From: a virus
Virus record (IMG/VR): IMGVR_UViG_3300018080_000117
Location: 72,433-136,432 of that record
Reading direction: 5' to 3' (one strand)
Length of the DNA stretch: 64,000 nt
Shown: positions 38,455 through 48,888 of the stretch, piece after piece
Layout: every line of letters starts with the position of its first letter
How positions within the stretch are numbered: the stretch's first letter is position 1
Notes under the pieces: generated by a model
Database searches by the model: none
Seen by the model: only the letters and a program-made list of their open reading frames with translations
What the model was told of the DNA's origin: nothing
Translations under genes and position numbers: made by a program

Positions 38455-38996
38455 AATTGCATCTAGGTTGTGGAAAACGTTATTTGCCAGGCTTTGTACA
38501 TGTCGATGTCTCTTACGATTGCGGGCCGCATATCGACTATTGTCAAAGTATAACGGACCTAACCAATTTCGAATCGGAGTCCGTTGAGCTAATCTATGCT
38601 TCTCATGTGTTTGAGTACTTTCCGAAAGAGCAAGTCCCTGACGTGTTAGATGAGTGGCGGCGGGTGCTGCAAAAAGAAGGCGTTTTGCGTTTAGCTGTTC
38701 CTGACTTTGCAGCTTTGTGCGACGTTTACAAAATGACAGGGAAGCTTGATTACATTCTTGGTCCTTTGTATGGGCATTGGACCACGGGCGAAGTCAAAAT
38801 GCAACACGCTACTTGCTACGATATTGCTACCCTAACTAACGTTTTAGTCGATGCAGGGTTTTACACGATACGTGGTTGGGATTGGAGAACAGTTTTTGCC
38901 GATATGGACTACGACGACTACTCCCAGGCTTACGTACCTCACATGGACAAAGACAGCGGCATTCACATTTCCCTCAACCTCGAAGCGGTTAAATGA
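38451..38996 (+). CDS. class I SAM-dependent methyltransferase
   Basis: KLHLGCG, IYASHVFEY, EWRRVL..G.LRLAVPD. Confidence 0.88.
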   Translation: MKLHLGCGKRYLPGFVHVDVSYDCGPHIDYCQSITDLTNFESESVELIYASHVFEYFPKEQVPDVLDEWRRVLQKEGVLRLAVPDFAALCDVYKMTGKLDYILGPLYGHWTTGEVKMQHATCYDIATLTNVLVDAGFYTIRGWDWRTVFADMDYDDYSQAYVPHMDKDSGIHISLNLEAVK

Positions 38997-39733
38997 GCTA
39001 CGCAGTTACAATCGGTGTCTGTACGTTCAACCGCCTGCCGATCACTGCAAAATACCTTCCTTCGATCGTTGAGCGCGTTGGGGACATCGACGCAGAAATA
39101 ATTATTTGGGATAACTTTTCAAACGACGGCACGTTTGATTGGCTCTGGGAGTGGTCTAAATCTATCCCGCAAGAAATAAAAATCGTTGGAAGCACGTGCA
39201 ACCTAGGCATGGAAGCATTCAACCGCATCGCTGCCATGGGGGAAGGGCAATACTTTCTCAAAATCGATGACGACTTAGAAGTTCCACGTAACTTTGCTCA
39301 ACGCCTTGTAAGAGCCCACAGGCTCATTGACGACGAAAAGCTACTGTACCTGTCTTGGGACCTTCAATGGGCAGGTACAGCATCCTTTGCCCTCAGAAGC
39401 GGTACTCAGATGTACCGAGATGACCGAGGGTACCAAGCCAAGATCAAAGGTGGAACCGGGCTAATCACAAATTGGGGGCACAAGTGGTTGGTCAACGGAG
39501 CTTGTCGCCTAAGCCCACGAGATAAGTTTTTGCAGTGTGGGGGGCACCCGAAAGGCGCTCTGTACGGAATCGACTTTCGGGTAAGCAAAGCAGCTTACAA
39601 ACACGGCTACCGGGTTGGGTTTTGGCACGTCCCTGGAGAACTAATAATCCATTGCGAAGAACCCGACGCACCAGGCTACCGCCAATTCAAGGATCGTGAA
39701 CTAAGAAAAAATAAAGGCCCTCGTCACGTCTAA
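38993..39733 (+). CDS. glycosyltransferase family 2
   Basis: TFNR, WDNFSNDGT, KIDDD. Confidence 0.85.
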   Translation: MSYAVTIGVCTFNRLPITAKYLPSIVERVGDIDAEIIIWDNFSNDGTFDWLWEWSKSIPQEIKIVGSTCNLGMEAFNRIAAMGEGQYFLKIDDDLEVPRNFAQRLVRAHRLIDDEKLLYLSWDLQWAGTASFALRSGTQMYRDDRGYQAKIKGGTGLITNWGHKWLVNGACRLSPRDKFLQCGGHPKGALYGIDFRVSKAAYKHGYRVGFWHVPGELIIHCEEPDAPGYRQFKDRELRKNKGPRHV

Positions 39734-39745
39734 GGAAACCAGCAA

Positions 39746-40543
39746 ATGCCCCATAAAGACGGATTCGTACCCGAACTAAGTATTGTGATCCCCACGGTCA
39801 ACCAAGCAACTCTGACTGTCAGGTGCTTTGCCTCGATACGAAAATGGACTAAGACACCTTATGAAATTGTTTGGGTGGACAACGGATCCCGACAAGAGGA
39901 GCACAACATTATTTTGAAGCAAGCCAGGTGTCCCCGTGTGCACACCAAGCTGGTGCGCTTCAAGCACAACACAGGTTTTGTCAGAGGGACCAACGCGGGG
40001 ATCAAAGAAGCAGAGGGTAAGTACGTCGTCTTGCTAAACAACGACACCGAGGTCACAGTCAACTGGGATAAAAAACTAATCTACCCTTTGGCAAAAGACC
40101 CTAAGGTCGGATGTGTTGGCCCAATTACCCAAAGCAAAATCGCTTGGCAGGAGGCGTGCTCTCTAAACGCACGTTGGCAATTGGGGTTGCCCACGTACCG
40201 AGCTAATCCTGGGGAGTACGCCCGCGACTTAGATCGCAATTTTGGCAAAAGGTACATTGACACTAAGAAGCTTCCACTAAGTTTTTTCTGTGCTGCTTTT
40301 CGTCGTGAGACCTTTGATCGATACGGTGTTCTTTGTGAGGATTTCGGGTATGGATTAGGTGACGACGACGAGTATTGTCACCGCCTACGGTCTGCAGGGT
40401 TGCAATTGGTTTTGAGCTTAGGGACGTTTGTAATGCACCACCACCGGACAACCTTCTCTGCTTTAGGCCTAAACGTGGACGGTATTCGCAGACACAATAT
40501 TGGCGTTCTGCGGGACAAGACACGTAAAAAACCCGGAGGCTGA
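39746..40543 (+). CDS. glycosyltransferase family 2
   Basis: SIVIPTVN, VDNGS, NTGF..G.NAG, LLNNDT, DDDEYC. Confidence 0.92.
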   Translation: MPHKDGFVPELSIVIPTVNQATLTVRCFASIRKWTKTPYEIVWVDNGSRQEEHNIILKQARCPRVHTKLVRFKHNTGFVRGTNAGIKEAEGKYVVLLNNDTEVTVNWDKKLIYPLAKDPKVGCVGPITQSKIAWQEACSLNARWQLGLPTYRANPGEYARDLDRNFGKRYIDTKKLPLSFFCAAFRRETFDRYGVLCEDFGYGLGDDDEYCHRLRSAGLQLVLSLGTFVMHHHRTTFSALGLNVDGIRRHNIGVLRDKTRKKPGG

Positions 40544-40548
40544 TTAGT

Positions 40549-41418
40549 ATGACCACCCATTTACTTACGCACACCGACCTTGACGGGGTTGCTTGCGCCG
40601 CTTTGTTTTCTAAATTCCACAAAGACGCGGGAGACATTTACTATTGCGAACCGTACAACGTAGATGACAACGCAACCAAAATACTCGCAGAACACCCTAA
40701 AGACGTTCTTTTGATTAGCGATCTCTGCCCAACAAAGGTTGATGACCCAAGGCTAATTATTTTCGATCATCATCAAACCGCCACACCTAAGACAGAAGCA
40801 AAAACGGTCTTCAATTTCAAAGTGTCGGCTACCGAGATCATGTTTGATCACATGGTCGAAGTAGGCGAGATTTGGGAGCGTTGGGTTGACTTTGTCAAAG
40901 CAGTGACTGCCTACGATTGTTGGCTTCTCGACAGTCCTCACCGACAATGGGGAGAGCACCTCAACCTTATGCTTCATTTCTTAGGTCGTGATTGTTTTTT
41001 TAATCGGTTGATCACCAGAGGACCGCACGGGGCTGTTGACACAGAGGTTGTGGAAGCTCTGTTGCGCAACCAAGAAAAACGAATCAGCAAGTACTTACAA
41101 AAAGACTTGCCTCTTTATCAGGATTTAGCGGGCAACACTTTTACCGTTGTGGTTGCGTTTCAAGACATCAGCCAGTTAGCAAGCACCATTCTCAAGAAGT
41201 GTCCTGAGATCGAATACGTTGCCATAGTCACACACTCTACGGTGTCTTTGAGATCTCGAAAAGAAGCCACAAAACTAATCAATGTTGCAGACATCGCAAA
41301 GATACTAAGTGGAGGTGGGCACGCTACAGCCTCCGGATACCCAAAGCTCGACCCGTTTAGGTTGGTCAAGGACGAAGTAGCTAACGAAATAATCACCTTA
41401 GAGCAACTCCATGCTTGA
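40549..41418 (+). CDS. DHH/DHHA1 phosphoesterase (NrnB-like)
   Basis: HTDLDG, SDL, DHH, VSLRS, GGGH. Confidence 0.9.
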   Translation: MTTHLLTHTDLDGVACAALFSKFHKDAGDIYYCEPYNVDDNATKILAEHPKDVLLISDLCPTKVDDPRLIIFDHHQTATPKTEAKTVFNFKVSATEIMFDHMVEVGEIWERWVDFVKAVTAYDCWLLDSPHRQWGEHLNLMLHFLGRDCFFNRLITRGPHGAVDTEVVEALLRNQEKRISKYLQKDLPLYQDLAGNTFTVVVAFQDISQLASTILKKCPEIEYVAIVTHSTVSLRSRKEATKLINVADIAKILSGGGHATASGYPKLDPFRLVKDEVANEIITLEQLHA

Positions 41419-41650
41419 AAACCACATTGCTAACTTTGCAGGTCTGCGAACAAAAGCCTACGTTGACCTAATTGGGCTTTCTTCATTTTTGATAAACGAC
41501 GCCCGTAAAGCTAGCAAAAAAGAAGTGGTTGCTTGGATAAAAGAAGCCAAGGCCTTTCGTGAGTACATGTCGAACGAACTCAAAGACATAATCACCGCAG
41601 CAGGTAAAGAGCTGATAAAAGATGCCCAAAAACGAGAAAATTCTAGGTGA
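41411..41650 (+). CDS. small helical protein (paralog 1)
   Basis: Similar to the next ORF. Confidence 0.65.
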   Translation: MLENHIANFAGLRTKAYVDLIGLSSFLINDARKASKKEVVAWIKEAKAFREYMSNELKDIITAAGKELIKDAQKRENSR

Positions 41651-41870
41651 AAACCTAGTCCATGAAGCTTGGCTTATTTACAGAAGTCGTATTTTTGCTA
41701 AGCTAACAGTTCTTGCCGAAATCGCGAAAAAGGAAAAAGTTTCGAACAAAGAGATTCGTGCTTGGGCGGCAGAAGCCAACCAAATACACCGAGACTTTGA
41801 AAGAGATCTGAGAAAACTTATCAACAAAACCGGCAAGACTCTTCTTAAGAGAATCGAGAAAAAGAAATAG
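41622..41870 (+). CDS. small helical protein (paralog 2)
   Basis: Similar to the previous ORF. Confidence 0.65.
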   Translation: MPKNEKILGENLVHEAWLIYRSRIFAKLTVLAEIAKKEKVSNKEIRAWAAEANQIHRDFERDLRKLINKTGKTLLKRIEKKK

Positions 41871-41882
41871 GAGACACCTGAA

Positions 41883-42758
41883 ATGAGAAGGGTGTTTTTG
41901 ACGACCGTCAAACGTGGGTCAAACAAAGAACTCACTGGCTACCTTTTAGAGCTAAATTGGTATGAAGGAACCATAAAACAAAAAGTAGCCATACCAGAGC
42001 CATCAATTGAAAAAGAAGGGTTCTGGAACCCACGAGGGGGAAATCGAGGCTGTAGAGGAATCAAACACCACAACGGTTTTTTGTACGTAGCAACGGCTAC
42101 GACAATTCGAAAACTTGACCGAACCCTCAACCTAGTCCAAACGATTACGCACCCGTTATTTTCAGGTATTCATGATATTTTAGTAGACGACGAAGGAATT
42201 ACCATTTCTTGCTCTCTTCGAGATCTTATTCTAAAAGTGGATTTTGAAGGCAACACGCTTTGGAAAAAATTCTTAGGTCCTTATGAAGACAAAGACACAA
42301 TGCACATCAACAACTTGTGTGTACATCAAGGCAACCTTCTTTTTCTATCTTGCAAAAACAAACAAATCTACGAGTTGAATAAAAACGGGTCTTGCCAATT
42401 GCTAATCGAAGACGGTGGCCTTGGAGCCCCTCACGACATTTGTTCTTTACCGAATGGAAATATTGCAGTCAACAACACCCAAGGACAATCCGTTTGCATT
42501 TACAGCTTGGAAAAACACAAGCGGGTTAGAACCATTTCTACCAATGTTCACAGCACTAAGCACCGATCGGTTCATTTTGCAAGAGCTGGTTGGCAACGAG
42601 GAATGACCCACTTCGCAGGTGCCAGTTACTTAGTTGGTACCTCTCCTCTAACCGTATTTCTACTCAACTTGCAAACAGGCAAGGTCGATAAAATCGTAAA
42701 ACTCTCCAATAATGTTGCCCATTGTTCGTACAACATTTGCGTCACAGAGGATTTCTAA
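41883..42758 (+). CDS. beta-propeller protein
   Basis: Blade repeats GCRGI, GIHDI, HINNL, APHDI, WQRGM. Confidence 0.7.
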   Translation: MRRVFLTTVKRGSNKELTGYLLELNWYEGTIKQKVAIPEPSIEKEGFWNPRGGNRGCRGIKHHNGFLYVATATTIRKLDRTLNLVQTITHPLFSGIHDILVDDEGITISCSLRDLILKVDFEGNTLWKKFLGPYEDKDTMHINNLCVHQGNLLFLSCKNKQIYELNKNGSCQLLIEDGGLGAPHDICSLPNGNIAVNNTQGQSVCIYSLEKHKRVRTISTNVHSTKHRSVHFARAGWQRGMTHFAGASYLVGTSPLTVFLLNLQTGKVDKIVKLSNNVAHCSYNICVTEDF

Positions 42759-42979
42759 TGCAAACAATCGAAATCAGATACAGCGGCACCCTAATCGGTG
42801 TGATCTCAATAACTGACGAAACGGGTTTTCCTGTTGTCAAACGCCCCAAAAGAAAGTACGGGTACACATTCACGCGGGTTCAGGATGGTCGTGTTGTTCG
42901 TGGCCAAGTAGAACATAACTCAAACGAGATGTGTGACGTACGGCTTTACAATAAAATTCTTAGTGAGGTAGCAAAATGA
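42758..42979 (+). CDS. hypothetical protein
   Basis: TAATG coupling with the upstream gene. Confidence 0.5.
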   Translation: MQTIEIRYSGTLIGVISITDETGFPVVKRPKRKYGYTFTRVQDGRVVRGQVEHNSNEMCDVRLYNKILSEVAK

Positions 42980-43287
42980 GTTACTATTTGATCACGTGCG
43001 ACATTGACGGGACAGGGAAAAAACCTCGATTAGCAACAGACCGAGAAAACCACTGGGGCGAGCCTGAAGTTTATTTTATTGATGAAGATTTTGGCGAGAC
43101 CATGACAATCGAAGAGTACCAGGAGGAATTCCCCAAAAACAAGGTTACCAAGATCGATTTACAAGACACGCTAAAAGCTAACTACTACCGCAAAGCTTTA
43201 GAACTAATCGTCCACAAATGTGTCGACGACCCCGAGACTGCACAATTTGCTAACGAAGTTTTGCACAACAATTGGGTTGAGCAATAA
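42976..43287 (+). CDS. hypothetical protein
   Basis: GAGG RBS. Confidence 0.6.
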   Translation: MSYYLITCDIDGTGKKPRLATDRENHWGEPEVYFIDEDFGETMTIEEYQEEFPKNKVTKIDLQDTLKANYYRKALELIVHKCVDDPETAQFANEVLHNNWVEQ

Positions 43288-43317
43288 CGGCAATCATTTT
43301 TTGAAAGGAACGAAAAA

Positions 43318-43731
43318 ATGACCGACGAAAAGAAAACACTTGAAGAATTGTACGAACTATTAGATACGATAACCGATGCAGATATCCAAGGCCCATGGAA
43401 AGAAGTTTATAACACATTGTCGACACGTGTAGGAATTAAGCAGGCAATAAACACCCTAAAAACTTGGGAAGAAGTCGTCAACTACGACAACCAACGGCGC
43501 GCAGTACGTATTGAGTATGATCGCACTGTGGCTGACCGCCATAAGCAGTTAATCGAATCCCATAAGGAAGAGGTAGAACGAAACAACCGTTGGATCTGCA
43601 GTCTGGAAAAACTTACTGACCAAGACGCGCAAAAAAACGATCTGCTAAGTCAACTAGTCGTAATCGAAAGCAAGCGTAACGAAATCTTCGAATCCGCACT
43701 AGCCACATTCAAAAAACTAACCGAAAAATAA
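43318..43731 (+). CDS. hypothetical coiled-coil protein
   Basis: AAGGA RBS. Confidence 0.6.
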   Translation: MTDEKKTLEELYELLDTITDADIQGPWKEVYNTLSTRVGIKQAINTLKTWEEVVNYDNQRRAVRIEYDRTVADRHKQLIESHKEEVERNNRWICSLEKLTDQDAQKNDLLSQLVVIESKRNEIFESALATFKKLTEK

Positions 43732-43743
43732 TTCCCGACAATT

Positions 43744-44703
43744 ATGAAAATCGTCTACATCATTCAAGGTGGTGCAGGGGACGTTGTTGCGGCAACCCCC
43801 ACAATCCGAGGACTGAAAAAAACCTATCCCGAGGACGAACTAATTGTTCTCAGCACGTGGGCGCACATGTTGTACGGCAACCCGCATATCGATCGGTTGC
43901 TAAGCTTTCAAGTCGAACACGAAATTCGTGAAATATTTAATCAGTTTATCGAACCTCACAAACTCGACGAGCTAAGATTTGTCAAAGACAGGTTTCCTTA
44001 TGACGCTTTCTTTGACTATCCGAGATTCAATTCAAAAACGCTTCCCGAGTACATCTGCCGAGTCAACAACGTCGAATACGACGGGAAGCCTCCCGACTAC
44101 GTAATAACAGAGTTCGAGAAGTGTGCAGCCAAAGAATGGATGATGCAGTTCACAAAACCGGTTGTGCTGCTACACACACAAGGAGTTATGAGTCTGAAAA
44201 GCATTCCATCCAAAACAATGCAAAAATTTATTAGAAGCTATTCGAACGAGTTTGATTTTGTCCAAATCGGTGCGGCAAACGATCCACCGATTGAAAATAC
44301 GCACAATGCTCTGGGAATGCCGATGCGCGATACCTGTTCAATATTGCCATTGGCGAAACACCGAATCTTGATTGACTCTGTTTTTGCGCACGTTAGCGCA
44401 GCCCTCAGACTAAAGAGCATCGTAGCGTTTCACGCAACCGATCCTAAATTTTTCGGTTACGAAAATCACATCAACATTTCTAACAGCAATTGCCAGTGCC
44501 CTCTTTGGCCTTGCAACCGCCCGGTGGGAAGCATTCATAAATTTATGCCAGGATACAAAAACCTAAAAACCGGTGGGGTCATGCACTGGCACTGCGCAAA
44601 CCAGACTTGCGTTGTGGATTCTGAGACGTTAGACGCGGGGTTCGATCTAGCAGCATGCGAAGAAAAAAAGATACCAAATTTGGAAGACGCTAGAAAATCT
44701 TAG
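43744..44703 (+). CDS. glycosyltransferase family 9-like (heptosyltransferase fold)
   Basis: GGAGDVVAATP.IRGLKK.YP, NPHID, VQIG, IDSVFAH.SAAL. Confidence 0.85.
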   Translation: MKIVYIIQGGAGDVVAATPTIRGLKKTYPEDELIVLSTWAHMLYGNPHIDRLLSFQVEHEIREIFNQFIEPHKLDELRFVKDRFPYDAFFDYPRFNSKTLPEYICRVNNVEYDGKPPDYVITEFEKCAAKEWMMQFTKPVVLLHTQGVMSLKSIPSKTMQKFIRSYSNEFDFVQIGAANDPPIENTHNALGMPMRDTCSILPLAKHRILIDSVFAHVSAALRLKSIVAFHATDPKFFGYENHINISNSNCQCPLWPCNRPVGSIHKFMPGYKNLKTGGVMHWHCANQTCVVDSETLDAGFDLAACEEKKIPNLEDARKS

Positions 44704-47141
44704 GTCGGGGTGTAGAGTTTAATGTATCGTACATCGCCATTAGAATCGTAAATTGGTATCCAACTGGCGTACTCCGCATTGGCTGCAGTGTCTTCGATGT
44801 GTTCAAATTTCATACGAGCTTCTAAACTAAGCCCAATGCCCGTGGTGTTGTCGTGGATTGCAGCAACACCAACTGCAGTCATCAAAATGGCGCTTCCAAC
44901 AACTCCAGTTCCGACAGCCCCCCCTTGATAACCGTAGATACCGGTTCCGGAGAGGTTGAATGCCCATACTCCAATATCTTGAGTAGCACCACCGTTGTAC
45001 ACATAAACACCTACCTCGGTGCCTGCAGCAGCCTGATTTACGCAAACAACATAAACTCCATACTGGGTTCCCAGAACAGTGCCTGAAACAGTCGCAATAT
45101 GGGCGTAGTTGCTTGCATGAGCAGTTACCGCGTAGTAAGACGCGGATACAATAATTCCATACTCACTCGCTGCTTCCGCAACTATTGCTTTTCTTTGAGC
45201 CGTGGCATAAATAGCTGTAGTCGCCGCAGCTTCTGCGTAAACAGCAGTATTGGTTGCACTTGCGCTAACTCCCACGTCAGATGCAACGAACCCGCCGCCA
45301 ATAGTTGTTTCTGCTTGCCCGTAGACCCCAACGTTTCCAGCGCTACCTTCAATTCCCGTATCCGATACTGCACGGAAATAAGCAGCAGGACCGGTCTCGA
45401 CGGCTCCTTGAAGCTTATTTCTAAGGGGTATCGTATGCGCCCCATTTGTATCGTGCTCTTCGTCAATTCTCAGGCGCACATCTGCAGTAGCCCATTCTCT
45501 AATGTCTCTGAGATGGCTTAGCGTTTCTGTAACCAAATCCCAGTTGACAAGCGCCAGTCGTAAAATTCGCTCGCTCGGCTGATCAATATTATTCATAGCG
45601 GTTGTAAAAGTGGTTGAGTTGTCACCACCTAATGCGCCCACGCATCTAACAATCACCCAATTGTCTAACGTGTTTGAGTAAAGTTTATAGTATCCGGTGG
45701 GATTACCACTAGAATCCAACACAACCGGTACTTCCGATCCTGCTGCTACATCTGTTGCCGCTTGGTACGACAGAGTTTGCGTCGTAGAATCCCAAGTAAT
45801 AGTACAATTGCCCGCAGTGTTATTTTGCATATCAATGAGGTAAATATCAGTATCCCAGAGCGCCGTGTCAGATATCTGAACTTGACTTTGAGCACCTGCA
45901 GAATTGAGATAGATCAAATATTCGCCACTGGCTGAATTGGGGGTAGTGTCAAATTCTACGTAGGCGCTCACCCCGGCGGCCACATTAGCAATCGTTTCGT
46001 AATCAATGCCATCAATCAAAAATTTGTTGTTGCTTCCTCCCAAATTAGTGATCACAATCCGATCGTTGAACGTATCGATCTCGGTCGCTAATTGAGTTGT
46101 ATCTGCATCAACACTTATGCCGTTTACATGAAAGTCATCGGCATGGTCGAACGTACCGCCCGTAATGTCATTTAAGCTAAGTGCGTGAGGATTAGTTGCC
46201 GTTGGAATGCCCGTCCCTTGCAAATCTCTGTGAAGACTATCGACCGCACTGTACCTGGGAATAATTGAACCGTACAGCGTTTGAATCGTAATGGTTTCGG
46301 TTATGTCCGCAGACGGTAGATTACCGTACACAATTGTCAAACGAAGTGTGTATGTCGTGTTCGCGCTAGATATCTCCAAATTTCCCGAAGACGTGGGTGC
46401 AACACCTGTCCCTTCGGTATCACCGGGCGCAGTCCAATATAATTTTTTGGTGCTCCCTTCGTACCGTAGCGTAGCATTTCCTATCGTAGTTTCATCCGAA
46501 ATCGTCTCTATCGTGACTCCTGTAATACTCGACGGCTGCAAAGGGATAGGATGCGTTCGGGGCTGGACCACCTGAGTCACGTCTGCAAGCGACAGCGCCA
46601 CCCCAGCGCCGCGCGCCACCACGATCCCTACTAGGATCCTAGTCTGTTTTTGCTCGTTCGTAAGCGCGCTGTAATCCGCTTCGCGGTAGACTTCGGTGGT
46701 GTACTTTTCGGAGACAATTGTCTTGTGCTGGGTAAACGGGTAATCAACCTCGGATAGGGGGACGGTGTCTTCTTCGGTGTATTTGACAACCACATAGTTA
46801 GACTCGCCGTTGCTGTAGCTGGCTAAGCCCAACCCCTGAACGATATACGAACCGCTTAGGCTACCCCCGCTCGCACTGGTAGTAAGCGTAGAAATACGCT
46901 CACCGATGCCATCTCCGGTTACTTCTGTTTGCTTGAATTTACCGCCTGTGTACGCGGTTCCTGCTGCGATATCGATCTTTGACGAGTCTGCAGAGTTGAT
47001 TGTTATCTGAAATCCCGAAACAATCCCCATCTGCGCTGTCGCATCTTGTCGCCTAAGGATCGACCGGGACCTAGAACTTTCGGTCCAACTTAGTTGGGTC
47101 TCAGTCGGGATCGTGTTGTTGAAGTACTTAGTTCGTTCCAT
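44700..47141 (-). CDS. tail fibre / baseplate-anchored receptor-binding protein
   Basis: GIVSGFQI...IDIAAGTAY N-terminus; C-terminal GVYG/GV.G repeats; in the baseplate block. Confidence 0.7.
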   Translation of the reverse strand: MERTKYFNNTIPTETQLSWTESSRSRSILRRQDATAQMGIVSGFQITINSADSSKIDIAAGTAYTGGKFKQTEVTGDGIGERISTLTTSASGGSLSGSYIVQGLGLASYSNGESNYVVVKYTEEDTVPLSEVDYPFTQHKTIVSEKYTTEVYREADYSALTNEQKQTRILVGIVVARGAGVALSLADVTQVVQPRTHPIPLQPSSITGVTIETISDETTIGNATLRYEGSTKKLYWTAPGDTEGTGVAPTSSGNLEISSANTTYTLRLTIVYGNLPSADITETITIQTLYGSIIPRYSAVDSLHRDLQGTGIPTATNPHALSLNDITGGTFDHADDFHVNGISVDADTTQLATEIDTFNDRIVITNLGGSNNKFLIDGIDYETIANVAAGVSAYVEFDTTPNSASGEYLIYLNSAGAQSQVQISDTALWDTDIYLIDMQNNTAGNCTITWDSTTQTLSYQAATDVAAGSEVPVVLDSSGNPTGYYKLYSNTLDNWVIVRCVGALGGDNSTTFTTAMNNIDQPSERILRLALVNWDLVTETLSHLRDIREWATADVRLRIDEEHDTNGAHTIPLRNKLQGAVETGPAAYFRAVSDTGIEGSAGNVGVYGQAETTIGGGFVASDVGVSASATNTAVYAEAAATTAIYATAQRKAIVAEAASEYGIIVSASYYAVTAHASNYAHIATVSGTVLGTQYGVYVVCVNQAAAGTEVGVYVYNGGATQDIGVWAFNLSGTGIYGYQGGAVGTGVVGSAILMTAVGVAAIHDNTTGIGLSLEARMKFEHIEDTAANAEYASWIPIYDSNGDVRYIKLYTPT

Positions 47142-47150
47142 TGTAGCTCC

Positions 47151-48878
47151 TTAGGCTAAAAGCCTGAATCCGGAAGGCCAGTTTCTCTTTGCTTGATAAG
47201 GTCTCAAAGCTAAGCTTACAAATTCGTAGTCGTAAGTATTTTCCACATCCTGTAACGTTACTCGAAATTGAATAAACTGTTTATCGAGCGTTAGTAACTC
47301 CCCTATGTGGTAAGTCACTTCAGTCCAATCCGAAGAAGTAACTTCTGCCGTGCTGTCTCCTTTGCGGTAGTACACTTTTCTTGAAACATCTGGGTTGTAA
47401 AGCCTGTCGAGGACGCTTAGCTCGTACCCCGACGCCGCAACCGTTATTGTTGATCCAGACACAGGTGCGGTGGTTGTCGAAATTGACGGGCTTATCAACG
47501 AGCACGAACCCGTTCCTTGTGGTTCAATTCCGTTGTCATCGTTGAGCCGCATGTTGTTCAACGTGCTGTTTTCGAGCCCGTTGTAGTCCTCAGCGAACAT
47601 AATGTAATTTTCTGGTTGCGCTTCATCCCTCAGAAACCAATGGGTCGGAGCTAAGTCCGCTACCGAATTTTGCACCAGATCGTAAGCTTCCCCACTCGCT
47701 GACGTGCTTAGTGTGTTGGTGCCGAGCACCTCAATCTGAATACCGTACCTAAGCCCGTCCTGGCCCAGCAGGACGTTGTCAACGCCTAAGGTGCTAGCTC
47801 CTATCACCCACGCATTTGGACGGTCTTCAAGCCGTCTAAAAAAGCTCGGGTAACGGTTGTATCCACCGATCGCATTCTGCAACGCTTGAATTGTCCCCGG
47901 ATTAGTCGCGGCAAACCAGAGATCCTGAACACGTTTCTTAGTTCTGCTCTCGTTTGCGTAAACAGAGTAAGTTGGAAATACTTCAGAAAAACCTAAGTTA
48001 CTGTCCGCATCTAAAAGCTTGTAGTCGCGCACCGCCGAAAACAACGCTGCCTGGTTTGCCCCCACAACACGGCTTTGCAGCGTGCGGATAAAGGCCATTT
48101 CAACAGAGTCTTCGTTATCTACATCCCAAAAAGTGTTGTCAAGCAAGTCCCATTGGTAGTCAGGTTGGACAGTATCCTCTGTTGTGATCTTTGTCGTAAC
48201 CCCGCCGATGTCGACGTAAGTCGTCTGCAAAGGATTTGCAACACCTTTGTTAATAGCAGGAGACACGTAGTCAGGGGTAAAGTTTTCGTTCTTTTCGTCA
48301 ATGAACAAAGGCTTTTCGGTGTATGCGTTTTCACCTTGGGTAATATCGGGGTCAAAATTAGCTACACCGTATTTGATGAAGTTGTCGATCGACACTGTGC
48401 CCAAGGCATTGATTGCCACACCCGCGTTGAATGACCGATGCTCTTCAGCGTTCGACATGCTGATATTTTTTAGTTCTGTATCTGACCCCAACGACAAATG
48501 GGTGTTGCAGTTGTACGTTGTGTTGTTGTAGATGTTGGGAAGGTTGGATCTGCTTCCAGCAACCAATCCAAAGTCGCAGCGCGTTTGGGTGTTGTAAACA
48601 AGTATTGCTGTGCCCTGTACGCCTCCAGACAACAAACCGCAACTAACCAACTGCATTCCGATCGACACTTCTTGATCTCGAAACGGGTCGATATCAGGTT
48701 TTGCTGATAGCGTAGACGCTTGGTTGCGGTAAGCCCGAAGCGACTTGCAATTTGCAATATAAATTCCGGTAACCGAAGCATTGTCACTTTTCAGGTTTGT
48801 TACTCTATTGCCTCGCACCACTACAGTACCGGATTTTATTACTGTGACGTTATCGATAAAAAAAGCGGGAATTGCCAT
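47151..48878 (-). CDS. baseplate wedge-like protein with N-terminal beta-helix
   Basis: NNT rungs and SPAINKG; GTIQALQNAI tail-protein-I-like segment. Confidence 0.6.
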   Translation of the reverse strand: MAIPAFFIDNVTVIKSGTVVVRGNRVTNLKSDNASVTGIYIANCKSLRAYRNQASTLSAKPDIDPFRDQEVSIGMQLVSCGLLSGGVQGTAILVYNTQTRCDFGLVAGSRSNLPNIYNNTTYNCNTHLSLGSDTELKNISMSNAEEHRSFNAGVAINALGTVSIDNFIKYGVANFDPDITQGENAYTEKPLFIDEKNENFTPDYVSPAINKGVANPLQTTYVDIGGVTTKITTEDTVQPDYQWDLLDNTFWDVDNEDSVEMAFIRTLQSRVVGANQAALFSAVRDYKLLDADSNLGFSEVFPTYSVYANESRTKKRVQDLWFAATNPGTIQALQNAIGGYNRYPSFFRRLEDRPNAWVIGASTLGVDNVLLGQDGLRYGIQIEVLGTNTLSTSASGEAYDLVQNSVADLAPTHWFLRDEAQPENYIMFAEDYNGLENSTLNNMRLNDDNGIEPQGTGSCSLISPSISTTTAPVSGSTITVAASGYELSVLDRLYNPDVSRKVYYRKGDSTAEVTSSDWTEVTYHIGELLTLDKQFIQFRVTLQDVENTYDYEFVSLALRPYQAKRNWPSGFRLLA

Positions 48879-48888
48879 CTGAACTCCC

